This document shows, in pieces, positions 20,960 through 31,641 of a stretch of 64,000 nucleotides of DNA. Below the pieces are notes generated by a model. It had not been told where the DNA came from, ran no database searches, and was given only the letters and a program-made list of their open reading frames with translations. A program made the translations under genes and the position numbers. How positions within the stretch are numbered: position 1 is the first letter of the stretch; each line of letters begins with the position of its first letter. The DNA is from Gemmatimonadota bacterium (GTDB lineage Bacteria > Gemmatimonadota > Gemmatimonadetes > Gemmatimonadales > GWC2-71-9): contig JBDHDE010000007.1 of NCBI GenBank assembly GCA_039591655.1, forward strand, positions 1 through 64,000, given 5' to 3'.

Positions 20960-22602
20960 CCGTTGGAGCCGAGGGGCTCCGCGAGGCGCTACAGCAGGCC
21001 GTCGCCGCGTTGGGCGCACCCGACGCGACGGTGGTGCTGGAGCGCCCCCGCGACCCGTCGCACGGCGATCTCGCCACCAACGTGGCGCTGCAGCTCGCCA
21101 AGCCGCTGAGGCAGCGGCCGCGGGAGCTGGCCGAGACCATTGTGTCCCGGCTCGATCCGCCGCCAGGACTGGTCACCAGGACAGAGATCGCCGGCCCGGG
21201 CTTCATCAACTTCTGGCTCGCGGACGCAGCCCTGGCCGAGGTGCTCCGCACGATCGTGGCGGAGGCGGACGCCTACGGGCGCTCCGCCGCGGGTCGGGGG
21301 CGGCGGGTGAACGTCGAGTTCGTGTCGGCCAACCCCACGGGGCCGCTCCACGTGGGGCACGGCCGCGGGGCGGCGCTGGGCGACGCCATCGCATCGCTGC
21401 TCGAGGCCACGGGGCACGAAGTGGAGCGGGAGTTCTACGTGAACGACGCGGGGCTCCAGATCGAGCGGCTGGCGGCGTCGCTCTGGGCGCGGCTCCAGCA
21501 GGCCGCGGGACGCGAGGGGGAAGTCCCGGAGGGCGGCTACCACGGGAGCTACCTGGAGGAGCTAGCGGGGCAGATGCTAGCGGACGACCCGGCCCTCGCC
21601 GACCTGCCGGAGGCAGAGGGGCTAGTTAAGTGTCGCGCCGTCGCGGTGCGCACGCAGCGCGAGGAGCAGGACCGGGATCTCGCCGACTTCGGCGTGCGGT
21701 TCGACCTGGTCTACCACGAGAGCGAGCTGTACCGCCAGGAGCTGCTCGAGACCACGCTCGAGGAGCTCGCCGGCCGCGGGCTCAGCTACGAGCGGGACGG
21801 CGCGTTGTGGCTCAACACGTCGGCCTTCGGAGATGCCAAGGACCGGGTGCTCCGCAAGGGGGACGGGTCGTACACCTACTTCCTGCCGGACATCGCCTAC
21901 CACCGCACCAAGGCAGAGCGGGGCTTCGATCTCGCGATCGACATCTGGGGCGCGGATCACCACGGCTACGTGGCCCGCATGCAAGCTGCCATGCTGGCCA
22001 TGGGCCGGCCCGAGGGGTTCTTCAGGGCGGTGATCGTGCAGCTCGTGCGGGTGATGCGGCACGGCCAGGAGGTGCGATTCTCGAAGCGCTCTGGGGAGTT
22101 CGTCACGCTGCGGGACCTCTACGAGGAGGCGGGCGTGGACGCGGCCCGCTACTTCTTCCTGATGCGCAAGGGCGACGCGCAGTTCGTGTTCGACATCGAC
22201 CTCGCCACCAAACAGTCGGAAGAGAACCCCGTGTACTACGTGCAGTACGCCCACACCCGCATGGCCGGCATCTTCCGCACCGCCGGGCTCGCGGCGGCGG
22301 CCATCGACGCCGCCGGCGCCGACCTGGCGCTGCTGAACGAGCAGGTGGAACAGGACTTGATCAAGCGGTTGGCGGAATACCCGGCGCTGGTCGATCAGGC
22401 CGCCGCGGCCCTCGAGCCGCATCGGGTCGTAGCGTACCTGGAAGAGGTGGCGCGCCTGGTGAACGCGTGGTACCACCACCACCGCGTCCTCGGGGTGGCC
22501 GCGGAGCTGGAGCGGGCACGCCTGGTGCTGGCCCGGGCAGCGCAGATCGTGCTGGCCAACGGACTGACCTTGTTGGGGGTGACGGCCCCGGAACGGATGT
22601 AG
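20956..22602 (+). CDS. argS: Arginine--tRNA ligase (start probably CTG)
   Basis: HGDLATNVAL, AGPGFINF, EFVSANPTGPLHVGHGRG, WGADHHGY, NPVYYVQYAH, APERM. Confidence 0.95.
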   Translation: MTVGAEGLREALQQAVAALGAPDATVVLERPRDPSHGDLATNVALQLAKPLRQRPRELAETIVSRLDPPPGLVTRTEIAGPGFINFWLADAALAEVLRTIVAEADAYGRSAAGRGRRVNVEFVSANPTGPLHVGHGRGAALGDAIASLLEATGHEVEREFYVNDAGLQIERLAASLWARLQQAAGREGEVPEGGYHGSYLEELAGQMLADDPALADLPEAEGLVKCRAVAVRTQREEQDRDLADFGVRFDLVYHESELYRQELLETTLEELAGRGLSYERDGALWLNTSAFGDAKDRVLRKGDGSYTYFLPDIAYHRTKAERGFDLAIDIWGADHHGYVARMQAAMLAMGRPEGFFRAVIVQLVRVMRHGQEVRFSKRSGEFVTLRDLYEEAGVDAARYFFLMRKGDAQFVFDIDLATKQSEENPVYYVQYAHTRMAGIFRTAGLAAAAIDAAGADLALLNEQVEQDLIKRLAEYPALVDQAAAALEPHRVVAYLEEVARLVNAWYHHHRVLGVAAELERARLVLARAAQIVLANGLTLLGVTAPERM

Positions 22603-22605
22603 CTG

Positions 22606-23538
22606 ATGGGCTTGCTGGTCGTGGGAAGCATCGCGTTGGACTCGGTGCAGACGCCGTTCGGCTCGAACGCCGACGCGTTGGGCGGCTCGGCAGTGTACTT
22701 CAGCCACGCCGCCAGCATTCTGCACCCGGTTCAGATCGTGGGCGTCGTAGGCGATGATTACCCGGAGGAAGCCCTGGCGCGGCTGGCGGCCCAGGGAGTG
22801 GACACGGGCGGCGTCGAACGGGCGGCGGGGGAGAGCTTCCGGTGGAGGGGGAAGTACTCCTACGATCTCCAGAATCGGGAGACACTCGAAACCCACCTCG
22901 GCGTGTTCGCCACGTTCGATCCCAAGATCCCCGAGGCGTTCCGCGACGCCCGCTACGTCTTTCTGGGCAACATCGATCCGGAGCTGCAGCTCAACGTGCT
23001 GGACCAGATCCACCGGCCGACGCTCGTTGCCTGCGATACCATGAACTACTGGATCCAGAGCAAGCACGAGGCGCTCCTCGCGCTGCTCCGACGGATCGAT
23101 GTGATCCTGGTGAACGACGCCGAGGCGCGGGAGCTCTCAGGCGACTGGAACGTGTACCGGGCGGCGCGGTGGATTCTCAAGGCGGGGCCGCGCATCGTGG
23201 TGATCAAGCAGGGTGAGTTCGGCGCCGTGCTGTACGAGCGGGACAGGGTCTTCTACATCCCGGCCTTCCCCCTCGAGGAGGTGTTCGACCCCACCGGCGC
23301 CGGGGACTCGTTCGCCGGCGGGTTCATGGGACACCTGGCGCGCTCCGACGACGTCTCGCCCGAGAACCTACGGCGAGCGATGGTCTACGGGTCCGCCATG
23401 GGCTCGTTCGCCGTGGAGCGGTTCTCGGTGGAGCGCTTCGGGGAGATCGGACCGGCGGAAGTGACGTCCCGGGTCCGGGAGTTCGCCGAGCTCGTGCGCT
23501 TCGATATCAAGCCGGAGCACGAGTATGTGCCGTCGTAG
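22606..23538 (+). CDS. PfkB-family carbohydrate/nucleoside kinase
   Basis: VGSIALD, GGSAVY, DPTGAGDSFAGG. Confidence 0.9.
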   Translation: MGLLVVGSIALDSVQTPFGSNADALGGSAVYFSHAASILHPVQIVGVVGDDYPEEALARLAAQGVDTGGVERAAGESFRWRGKYSYDLQNRETLETHLGVFATFDPKIPEAFRDARYVFLGNIDPELQLNVLDQIHRPTLVACDTMNYWIQSKHEALLALLRRIDVILVNDAEARELSGDWNVYRAARWILKAGPRIVVIKQGEFGAVLYERDRVFYIPAFPLEEVFDPTGAGDSFAGGFMGHLARSDDVSPENLRRAMVYGSAMGSFAVERFSVERFGEIGPAEVTSRVREFAELVRFDIKPEHEYVPS

Positions 23539-23577
23539 CTGTGCAGTGCCGCGGGCCGCCGACGCAGAGGTGGGTGC

Positions 23578-24600
23578 GTGAGCTCTGCCGAGCGCTACCG
23601 CGAAGCGGGCGTCGACCTGGACGCCGCCGACCGGGCAAAGCGTCGTATCGCCGAGGCGGTGGCCTCGACCCGCACCGGGCTCGCCCGGGGCGGGGTCGGC
23701 GCCTTCGGGGGCATGGTGCGCCTGCCGGAGGGGCTGGAGCAGCCTACGCTGGTGATGAGCACCGATGGGGTCGGCACCAAGGTGTTGGTGGCCATCAGGG
23801 CCGGGCGACACGACACCGTGGGCGAGGATCTGGTGAATCACTCCGTGAACGACATCCTGGTGCACGGGGCCACGCCCATTGCGTTCCTCGATTACCTGGC
23901 CGTGGCCGAGGTCTCCAGCGAGACGATCGCGCAGCTGGTGGACGGCGTGGTCCGGGGGTGCCGGGCTCACGAGATGACCCTCGCTGGTGGGGAGACGGCG
24001 CAGCTGCCGGACCTCTACCATCCGGGCCACTACGACCTGGCGGGTACGATCATCGGCGTTGTGGATGAAGGGCGGGCGCTCCACGGTCACGCGGTGCGCC
24101 CGGGCGATGTGCTGGTGGGCTTCGCGTCGAGCGGGCTGCACACCAACGGCTACACTCTGGCCCGGCGCATCGTGTTCGATGAGTTGCGACTGGACGTGGG
24201 TAGCGTGCTGCCCGGCCTGGATGTGGCGGTGGGGGAGGAGCTCCTCAAGGTGCACCGCAGCTACTGGAAGGCTCTCGCACCGGTGCTCGGCCGGGTGCAT
24301 GCCCTGGCGCACATCACCGGCGGCGGGATCCCGGGCAACCTCTCGCGCTCACTGCCGCAGGGCTGCCAGGCGGAGGTCGACCGGAATAGTTGGACTGCGC
24401 CGGAGGTCTTCCGGCTGTTGCAGGAAGCGGGCAAGGTCAGCAGAGATGAGATGTTCGAGGTGTTCAACATGGGGCTGGGAATGATCGCGGTGACGCCGCC
24501 GGTAGCCGTGGACGAGGTCCGCCGGGCTGCCGCGGCCGCCGATATCGACACGTGGGTGGTGGGTGAGATCGTGGAGGGTGAAGGTGTCCAATTGCGATGA
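23578..24600 (+). CDS. purM: Phosphoribosylformylglycinamidine cyclo-ligase
   Basis: Y.EAGVD, STDGVGTK, GGETAQLP, SSGLHTNGY, HITGGG, FNMGLG. Confidence 0.96.
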   Translation: MSSAERYREAGVDLDAADRAKRRIAEAVASTRTGLARGGVGAFGGMVRLPEGLEQPTLVMSTDGVGTKVLVAIRAGRHDTVGEDLVNHSVNDILVHGATPIAFLDYLAVAEVSSETIAQLVDGVVRGCRAHEMTLAGGETAQLPDLYHPGHYDLAGTIIGVVDEGRALHGHAVRPGDVLVGFASSGLHTNGYTLARRIVFDELRLDVGSVLPGLDVAVGEELLKVHRSYWKALAPVLGRVHALAHITGGGIPGNLSRSLPQGCQAEVDRNSWTAPEVFRLLQEAGKVSRDEMFEVFNMGLGMIAVTPPVAVDEVRRAAAAADIDTWVVGEIVEGEGVQLR

Positions 24601-24607
24601 GGCGAAG

Positions 24608-25693
24608 ATGACCGAGCGCGAAGCCATGGTCCGCGCGATCGAGCTCGCGCGGCGCGGCTGGGGACGGGTTGCGCCCAATCCGATGGTCGGCGCGGTGCTG
24701 CTCAAGGACGGGCGGGTGATCGGAGAGGCAGCGCACGAGGAGTACGGCCAGCCGCACGCCGAGGTGGCGGCGCTCGCCGCGTGCGATGACCCCAAGGGCG
24801 CCACCTGCGTGGTGAACCTGGAGCCGTGCACGCATGCCGGGAAGACGCCGCCGTGCACCGACGCGCTGGTGGAGGCGGGGGTGGAGCGGGTGGTCTACGG
24901 CGTGGAGGATCTGCATCCGGAGGCCGCAGGCGGGGCCGCCCGGCTGCGGGCAGCAGGGGTCGAGGTCGAGGGGGGCCTGATGCGGGAGGAGGCGGCGGGC
25001 CTCAACGCGCCGTTCCTGTGGGGCCAGCGCCGCCCGGAGCGGCCCTTCATCGCTCTCAAGCTGGCTACCTCGCTGGACGGCCTCCTGGCCGATGAGGGAG
25101 GGCGCTCGCAGTGGCTCTCCGGCACCGAGGCCCGGGAGTTCGTGCACTGGTTGCGGGCCGGGTTCGACGCCATCGCGGTTGGCCGGCGCACGGTCGAGGT
25201 GGACGATCCCCAGCTCACGGTCCGCGGTGCACTGGAGCCCAGGGTGCCGCCCACGCGCGTGGTGGTTACCAAGGGCGGCATGATCCGCTCGGACGTTCAG
25301 GTGGTACGCACCGCGCAGGAGATTCCCACCATCGTGATCACCGGTTCGCACACTTACGAGCGCACCGCCAAGGAGTTGGCCGGGTCCGGAGCCCGGGTGA
25401 TCGCCGCCGACAGCCTCGATGCCGTGGTGCGGGCGCTGCGGCAGACCGGGCTGCGAGCGGTGCTGGTGGAGGGGGGCGGCTCCATCGCCGGGGCGCTCCT
25501 GGAGTCGCATCTGGTGGACCGGATCTACTGGATCCAGGCGCCGCTGTGGCTCGGGGTGGGCGTGCCGGCGTTCGGCGACCGGGCGGGCATGCCGCTGGAA
25601 GACAACCTGCGGTGGGCGGTTACCGAGCGTCGGGCCATGGGACCCGATACATTATTGGTGGTCGACCGGGAGCTATGTTTACCGGCATCGTGA
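24608..25693 (+). CDS. ribD: Bifunctional riboflavin deaminase/reductase RibD
   Basis: PNPMVGAV, HAE, LEPCTH..TPPC, KLATSLDG, VEGGG. Confidence 0.95.
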   Translation: MTEREAMVRAIELARRGWGRVAPNPMVGAVLLKDGRVIGEAAHEEYGQPHAEVAALAACDDPKGATCVVNLEPCTHAGKTPPCTDALVEAGVERVVYGVEDLHPEAAGGAARLRAAGVEVEGGLMREEAAGLNAPFLWGQRRPERPFIALKLATSLDGLLADEGGRSQWLSGTEAREFVHWLRAGFDAIAVGRRTVEVDDPQLTVRGALEPRVPPTRVVVTKGGMIRSDVQVVRTAQEIPTIVITGSHTYERTAKELAGSGARVIAADSLDAVVRALRQTGLRAVLVEGGGSIAGALLESHLVDRIYWIQAPLWLGVGVPAFGDRAGMPLEDNLRWAVTERRAMGPDTLLVVDRELCLPAS

Positions 25694-26280
25694 CGGCGAT
25701 GGGGACCGTCGCCAAGATCGAGCGCGACGGTGAGCGGTTCGCTCTCACTATCGAGGCGCCGTTTCCGGATCTCGAGGTCGGGGAGAGCATCGCCATCAAC
25801 GGCGCGTGCATGACGATCGTCGAGCGAGACCCGGGTCGGTTCAAGATCGAGGCCGTGGTCACCACGCGCGGGCGCACCCGCTTCGGGGACTTCCGGGTCG
25901 GAGAACGGGTGAACCTGGAGCGGGCCATGTCCGCGGGGGACAGGTTCGGCGGGCACGTGGTCCTGGGGCACGTGGACGGCGTGGGTGAGGTGGTCGAGGT
26001 CACGTCCAAGGAGGACGCGGTCCTCATCGACATCGCCGTCCCCCCCGAGGTGCGCGAGCTGTGCATCCCTTACGGCTCCATCGCCGTGGACGGGGTGAGC
26101 ATGACGGTGAACGCGCTGCCCGCTCCGGGCGTGGTGCAGCTCTCGGTGATTCCGTTCACGCGGGAGAATACGACGCTGGGGATCGTTGAGCCGGGCGACG
26201 GCGTGCATCTGGAGGCGGATGTGATCGGGAAGTACGTACGCCAGTTGATGGAGCAGCGGGCGGGACCAAGCAACCAGTAG
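25675..26280 (+). CDS. ribE: Riboflavin synthase (alpha chain)
   Basis: MFTGIV, SIAINGAC, VNLERA, GGHVVLGHVD, AVDGVSMTVN. Confidence 0.95.
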   Translation: MFTGIVTAMGTVAKIERDGERFALTIEAPFPDLEVGESIAINGACMTIVERDPGRFKIEAVVTTRGRTRFGDFRVGERVNLERAMSAGDRFGGHVVLGHVDGVGEVVEVTSKEDAVLIDIAVPPEVRELCIPYGSIAVDGVSMTVNALPAPGVVQLSVIPFTRENTTLGIVEPGDGVHLEADVIGKYVRQLMEQRAGPSNQ

Positions 26281-26323
26281 GAGGAGGCGTCCCGGCGTCG
26301 AGCGCCGGGTGTCTTGAGCGACT

Positions 26324-27529
26324 ATGCCGTTTGGAACCATTGAGCAGGCCATCGAGGACATCAAGCATGGTAGGCTCGTGCTCGTCGCGGACGACGAAGA
26401 CCGCGAGAGCGAGGGCGACCTGATCGGCGCGGCGGAGCACGTGACGCCCGGGATGATCAACTTCATGGCCAAGCACGCCCGGGGGCTCGTCTGCCAGACC
26501 CTCACACCGGAGCGGTGTCAGGCTCTGGGCCTCCCGCAGATGGCCGACGAGAACTCCGACGCCTATGAGACGGCGTTCACGGTGAGCGTGGATGCTGCGA
26601 AACGCTTCGGCGTCACAACGGGTATCTCGGCTGCCGATCGCGCCAAGACCGTGCAGGTCGTCATCGATCCGGCCACTGCGCCGTCGGACCTGCGGCGGCC
26701 GGGACACGTGTTCCCGCTCAGGGCTCGGCCCGGCGGCGTGCTGCAGCGCGTGGGGCACACCGAGGCCAGCGTGGATCTCGCCCGCCTGGCAGGGCTGTAT
26801 CCCTCGGGCGTGATCTGCGAGGTGCTCGCTGAGGATGGCACGATGATGCGGCGGCCCCAGCTGGAGGAGTTCGCGGAGGAGCACGGGTTGACGTTCGTGA
26901 CCGTAGCGCAGCTGGTGGCTTATCGCCTGCAGAACGAACGGCTGGTGCATCGGGTGGCCGAGGCTCGACTCCCCACACCCCACGGGGAGTTCCGTCTCAT
27001 CGGCTACGCCAACGACGTGGACCATCACGAGCACGTCGCCCTCGTGTACGGTGACGTCGAGGGCACACAGAACGTGCTGGTGCGCATGCACTCCAAGTGC
27101 CTCACCGGTGACGTCTTCGGGTCGCACCGCTGCGATTGCGGCCTTCAGCTCGACGCGGCCATGACGCAGATCGCGCAGGAGGGAGCCGGCGTGGTCGTGT
27201 ACCTCGACCAGGAGGGTCGCGGGATTGGGCTCCTCAACAAGCTCAAGGCGTACGAGCTGCAGGACTCCGGACGGGACACTGTGGAAGCCAACGAGGCCCT
27301 GGGCTTCGCGCCCGACCTGCGCAACTACGGCATCGGGGCGCAGATCCTCATGGATCTCCAGTTGAGCTCGATCCGGGTGATGACCAACAACCCCCGCAAG
27401 ATGATCGGCCTCGAGGGCTACGGCTTGGAGATCGTGGAGCGCGTGCCCCTCGTCGCCGATGCCACCGACGAGAACCGAGCCTATCTCCGGGTCAAGCGGG
27501 ACAAGCTCGGCCACCTCCTTGCCCACTGA
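26324..27529 (+). CDS. ribBA: Bifunctional DHBP synthase / GTP cyclohydrolase II
   Basis: [52 protein letters not shown]. Confidence 0.96.
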   Translation: MPFGTIEQAIEDIKHGRLVLVADDEDRESEGDLIGAAEHVTPGMINFMAKHARGLVCQTLTPERCQALGLPQMADENSDAYETAFTVSVDAAKRFGVTTGISAADRAKTVQVVIDPATAPSDLRRPGHVFPLRARPGGVLQRVGHTEASVDLARLAGLYPSGVICEVLAEDGTMMRRPQLEEFAEEHGLTFVTVAQLVAYRLQNERLVHRVAEARLPTPHGEFRLIGYANDVDHHEHVALVYGDVEGTQNVLVRMHSKCLTGDVFGSHRCDCGLQLDAAMTQIAQEGAGVVVYLDQEGRGIGLLNKLKAYELQDSGRDTVEANEALGFAPDLRNYGIGAQILMDLQLSSIRVMTNNPRKMIGLEGYGLEIVERVPLVADATDENRAYLRVKRDKLGHLLAH

Positions 27530-27530
27530 G

Positions 27531-28010
27531 GTGGTGGACGGCTCCCACGGCGGCGCGTCCGCGTCGCAGCGCGTCCTGATCGTCGCCAGCCGCTTCAACG
27601 AGGGAGTGACCCGGCGGTTGGTGGAGGGAGCGCGGGCGGCCCTCGCCGAATCGGGCATCGCCGACGACCGCGTCGATCTAGTGTGGGTGCCCGGCGCCTT
27701 CGAGCTGCCGCTGGTGGTACACCGTGGGCTCGCCACGGGCCGGTACCGGCTGGCCGTGGCTCTCGGAGCGGTCATCCGGGGGGAAACGCCACACTTCGAG
27801 TACGTGGCGGGGGCGGCGAGCCGCGGACTCGCCGACGCAGCGACGCGCTTCGGGATCCCGATCGGGTTCGGTGTGCTCACGTGTGACACCCTCGCCCAGG
27901 CGTTGGCCCGTGCCGGCGGTGAAGCGGGGAACAAAGGGGAGGAGGCGGCGCGGGCGGCGGTGGACACGCTGCACGCTGTGGAGAGCTTCGAGAGTCGTGC
28001 TCCGGCGTGA
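27531..28010 (+). CDS. ribH: 6,7-dimethyl-8-ribityllumazine synthase
   Basis: SRFN, VPGAFELP, GAVIRGETPHFEYV, GNKGEEAA. Confidence 0.95.
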   Translation: MVDGSHGGASASQRVLIVASRFNEGVTRRLVEGARAALAESGIADDRVDLVWVPGAFELPLVVHRGLATGRYRLAVALGAVIRGETPHFEYVAGAASRGLADAATRFGIPIGFGVLTCDTLAQALARAGGEAGNKGEEAARAAVDTLHAVESFESRAPA

Positions 28011-28410
28011 GACCAAGACGCGGGCGCGCGCACTTCAGCTGCTCTACGCCTGGGAACTCTCGCAGCGACCCCCGATGCATGAGGTGGTCGAGCGACTGCT
28101 TCGGGGCTCGCCCCGCTGGCGGCACAGCATCGAAGCGGCCGAGCCGCTGGCCTCCGCGGTGGCGGAGCGGGCCTCGCAGCTCGATGCCGAGATCGGACGG
28201 GCGGCCCACAACTGGCGGTTGGAGCGGATCGGCGCCATCGAGCAGAACATCCTGCGACTCGCGCTGTACGAGCTCTCCACCGATGCGGTGCCGGCCCGCG
28301 TGGCCATCAGTGAGGCGCTGCGCCTCACCCGGTGGTTCGCCGGGACCAAGGCCCCGGCGTTCGTGAACGGTGTGCTGGACGCGGTGGCGCGAGAGGCTGG
28401 CCGGCTGTGA
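27997..28410 (+). CDS. nusB: Transcription antitermination factor NusB
   Basis: RARALQLLY, NWRLERI, ILRLALYEL, FVNGVLD; follows ribH. Confidence 0.92.
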   Translation: MLRRETKTRARALQLLYAWELSQRPPMHEVVERLLRGSPRWRHSIEAAEPLASAVAERASQLDAEIGRAAHNWRLERIGAIEQNILRLALYELSTDAVPARVAISEALRLTRWFAGTKAPAFVNGVLDAVAREAGRL

Positions 28411-29519
28411 GGATCCTGGCGGTGAACTGGCTCGACCGGGAGAACCCCCAGGCGGGCGGGGCGGAGATCCACTTCTTCGAGATCTTCCGGCGGCTGGTGG
28501 AGCGTGGGCACGAGGTGAGCCTCGTGACCTCGGGATGGCGGGGGGCGCCGCCCGCGGCCACGCTCGACGGGATCCGGGTGGAGCGCCACGGCGGGAGGCA
28601 TACGTTCGCGCTCCACGGCCGCGGCGCGGTGCGTCGTGCGCTGCGTGCGGGCCACTACGATGTGGCGGTCGAGGACATCAACAAGCTGCCCCTCTATCTC
28701 GCTACCCTGACCGACCTGCCGCTGTACGTGATCGTGCCGCACCTGTTCGGCACGACGGCGTTTCGCGAGGCGTCTCTCCCGGTGGCGGGTCTGGTATGGC
28801 TCGCCGAGAAGGCAATCCCCCGTGTCTACCGCCGTGCGGCGTTCCACGCCATCAGCGACAGCACGCGGGACGATTTGGTGGCGCGGGGCGTGCGGCGGGA
28901 GGCGGTGCGGGTCATCTACCCCGGCGTCGATTCCCAGTGGTACTCGCCCGATTCCGGCACGGGACGCACCAAGACCCCTACATTTCTGTACGTGGGGAGG
29001 TTGAAGCGTTATAAAGGGATAGAGGTCGCTTTACACGCGTTTGCCGCGGCCAGGGCCGAGTGCCCGCATCTCCGTCTGGAGATCGCGGGCGGGGGCGACG
29101 ACCGAGAGCGGCTGGAGAGGATCGCCGCGCAGCTCGAGTTGGGAGAGACGGCTCGCTTCCTCGGGTTCGTGAGCGAAGAGTGCAAGCGGGAACTCCTCAG
29201 GCAGGCGTGGGGCCTGGTGTTCCCATCCATCAAGGAGGGATGGGGAATCTCCAATGTAGAGGCCGCAGCGTGCGGAACGCCGGCGATCGCCTCGGACAGC
29301 CCGGGGCTGCGGGAGTCGGTGCGGGACGGCGAGACCGGACTGCTGGTTCCCCACGGTGACATCCGGGCGCTGGCCTCTGCGCTGCTTCGGCTGAGCGGCG
29401 ATCCCCGATTGGTGGAGACCTTCGGCGGCGCCGGCCGGCGGTTCGCCGAAACGCTCACCTGGGAGCACGCCGCCGCGGCGACCGAAGCGCATCTTCTGGA
29501 AACGGTGCGGAAGGAGTGA
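28407..29519 (+). CDS. Glycosyltransferase family 4 (GT-B fold)
   Basis: RIL.VNW.D..NP.AGGAE, VGRLKRYKG, EGWGISNVEAAACG (EX7E motif). Confidence 0.9.
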   Translation: MRILAVNWLDRENPQAGGAEIHFFEIFRRLVERGHEVSLVTSGWRGAPPAATLDGIRVERHGGRHTFALHGRGAVRRALRAGHYDVAVEDINKLPLYLATLTDLPLYVIVPHLFGTTAFREASLPVAGLVWLAEKAIPRVYRRAAFHAISDSTRDDLVARGVRREAVRVIYPGVDSQWYSPDSGTGRTKTPTFLYVGRLKRYKGIEVALHAFAAARAECPHLRLEIAGGGDDRERLERIAAQLELGETARFLGFVSEECKRELLRQAWGLVFPSIKEGWGISNVEAAACGTPAIASDSPGLRESVRDGETGLLVPHGDIRALASALLRLSGDPRLVETFGGAGRRFAETLTWEHAAAATEAHLLETVRKE

Positions 29520-29526
29520 TCGAATC

Positions 29527-29826
29527 ATGCGGACGATGGTGACGGCGCGTCACTGCGACATCCCCGAGGATCTGAGAGAACGGGCCGAAGACCAGGTGGC
29601 GAAGATTGCCAAGACGGCGCACCGGCCCCAACGGGCGGAGGTGGTGTTCGACGCAGACCATGGTCGCAAGGTCGTCGAGATCCAACTCTACCTGCCCCGC
29701 GGTCAGGTGAAGATCGCGACGGCGGAAGCGGGAGATTTTCGCACGGCTCTGGACAGCGCGGTCGACAAAGTGCGCAATCAGCTCGTCAAGACACGCCGCC
29801 CGCCGCGCCGTTCCCCGGCCTCGTAG
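29527..29826 (+). CDS. hpf: Ribosome hibernation factor HPF/RaiA (short form)
   Basis: VTARH N-terminus, ALDSAVDKVRNQL; directly upstream of hprK. Confidence 0.8.
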   Translation: MRTMVTARHCDIPEDLRERAEDQVAKIAKTAHRPQRAEVVFDADHGRKVVEIQLYLPRGQVKIATAEAGDFRTALDSAVDKVRNQLVKTRRPPRRSPAS

Positions 29827-29829
29827 CGC

Positions 29830-30798
29830 ATGCCGTCGCTCACCATAAGCGACCTCCTCGAGCGGAAGGGCGACTCGCTCCAGCTCGAGGTGCTCACGGG
29901 CGAGCAGGGACTCGACCGGGAGATCACGGTCCCCGACGTCTCCAGCCCCGGGTTGGTGTTCGCCGGGTTCACCGCCAGGTTCGCGGCCGACCGGCTGCAC
30001 GCCCTCGGCGAGACCGAAATCGCCTATCTGCGGTCCCTCACTGCCGAGGAGCGTCGCAAGGCCATCGAGACGTTCATGAGTTACGAGCTCCCCTGCGTGT
30101 TCATCACCAAGGGGCTGTCCGCCCCGCGGGAGCTCGTGAAGCTCGCCAAGGAGCGTGGGATCCCGGTCATCCGAACGAAACTCAAGACCGCGGAGTTCTA
30201 TCGGGGGATCACCCCGTACCTGGCGGAGGTCTTTGCGCCGAGCACCAACGTGCACGCGTCCTTGGCGGACGTTTACGGAGTCGGACTCTTCTTCATCGGG
30301 CGGTCAGGCATCGGCAAGAGCGAGTGCGTGCTGGACCTCGTCGAGCGCGGCCACCGGCTCGTAGCGGACGACGTCGTGCACATCACGCAGCGCGGCGCCG
30401 ACGTACTCATCGGCCGGGCGCACGAGCTGGCATACCGGTACATGGAGATCCGGGGCATCGGCCTCGTGGACGTCATGGCGCTCTTCGGGGTGCGGGCGGT
30501 ACGCCAGCAGAAGCGTATCGAGGTGGTTGTAGAGTTGGTGGACTGGGAGATCGATCGGGACTTCGAGCGGACCGGCCTCACCGAGCAGACGACCAGAATC
30601 CTCGGCGTGGAGCTCCCTCTGGTCGTCGTGCCGCTTAACCCCGGGAAGAACCTCACCGTGATCTGCGAAGTCGTGGCGATGAACCACCTGCTCCGCTACA
30701 GCGGGGTGGATTCAGCGGAGCGCTTCAACGAGCGGCTGATCCAGCGCATGGCAAAGCAGGTGGAGCTCAGGGAGTATCTCTCCGAGGACTATGAGTGA
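29830..30798 (+). CDS. hprK: HPr kinase/phosphorylase
   Basis: [31 protein letters not shown]. Confidence 0.95.
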   Translation: MPSLTISDLLERKGDSLQLEVLTGEQGLDREITVPDVSSPGLVFAGFTARFAADRLHALGETEIAYLRSLTAEERRKAIETFMSYELPCVFITKGLSAPRELVKLAKERGIPVIRTKLKTAEFYRGITPYLAEVFAPSTNVHASLADVYGVGLFFIGRSGIGKSECVLDLVERGHRLVADDVVHITQRGADVLIGRAHELAYRYMEIRGIGLVDVMALFGVRAVRQQKRIEVVVELVDWEIDRDFERTGLTEQTTRILGVELPLVVVPLNPGKNLTVICEVVAMNHLLRYSGVDSAERFNERLIQRMAKQVELREYLSEDYE

Positions 30799-31171
30799 GC
30801 TGTTGAAAGGAGTCGTGGTGTCCCATGCCGCCCTCGCCGAGGCGCTGGTGGAGGCGGTGCAGGGGATCACCGGCGAGAACGGGGGGCTGGTGGCGCTGAG
30901 CAACATGGGCACCAGCCGCGACGCGCTGTGCAGCTCGGTGCGCGCCGCCGTCGGGACCGATCGGACCGTCGTCTTCACCGACATGCCGGCGGGAAGCTGC
31001 GTGCAGGCGGTGCTAATCGAGCTGCGGGGCCGTAACGATGTCGCCGTGGTGACCGGGGTCAACCTCCCCATGCTCCTGGACTTCGTCTATCACCGCGATC
31101 TGACGCCGGCCGCAGCCGCCGAGCGGGCGCTGTCGGCGGGCAATCGCGGGATCCGGTCCCTGGAGACATGA
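30791..31171 (+). CDS. PTS mannose-family EIIA
   Basis: VVVSH phospho-His, [15 protein letters not shown]. Confidence 0.85.
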   Translation: MSELLKGVVVSHAALAEALVEAVQGITGENGGLVALSNMGTSRDALCSSVRAAVGTDRTVVFTDMPAGSCVQAVLIELRGRNDVAVVTGVNLPMLLDFVYHRDLTPAAAAERALSAGNRGIRSLET

Positions 31172-31641
31172 GCATAGTGCTGGTGCGGGTGGACGATCGC
31201 TTGATCCACGGACAGGTGGTCGTGGGCTGGGTCCAGGCACTGGGCGCGAAGCGCATCGTGCTGGTGGACGACGAGGTGAGCCGCAACGAGTGGGAGCGCG
31301 AGCTCTATTCCATGAGCGTTCCACCCGGGCTGATGGTGGAGTTCGCCTCGGTTGACGAGGCGGTCGACGCCATCGAGGAGTGGGCCGCAGGCCCGCAGCG
31401 GACCATCGTCCTGGTAGGGGACGTGGATACCGTCGTGCGGCTGTGCCGAGGGGCGCCGCAGATCGGCAAGGTGAACGTCGGCGGACTCCACGACGCGACC
31501 GGGCGGACACCACGCCTCTCCTACGTCTACCTCTCCGATGAGGAAGCCATCCAGCTCGAGCGACTCGGCGAGAACGGTGTAAAGGTAACCGCCCAGGACG
31601 TCCCCACGGCCCGGGCCGTGTCGCTGAGGGACTTCACGTGA
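31168..31641 (+). CDS. PTS mannose-family EIIB
   Basis: [16 protein letters not shown]. Confidence 0.92.
   Translation: MSIVLVRVDDRLIHGQVVVGWVQALGAKRIVLVDDEVSRNEWERELYSMSVPPGLMVEFASVDEAVDAIEEWAAGPQRTIVLVGDVDTVVRLCRGAPQIGKVNVGGLHDATGRTPRLSYVYLSDEEAIQLERLGENGVKVTAQDVPTARAVSLRDFT

Noticed and set aside
26281..26323. FMN riboswitch in the rib cluster
   Set aside because: Only a short CCCGGCG/CGCCGGG hairpin is present; no RFN consensus
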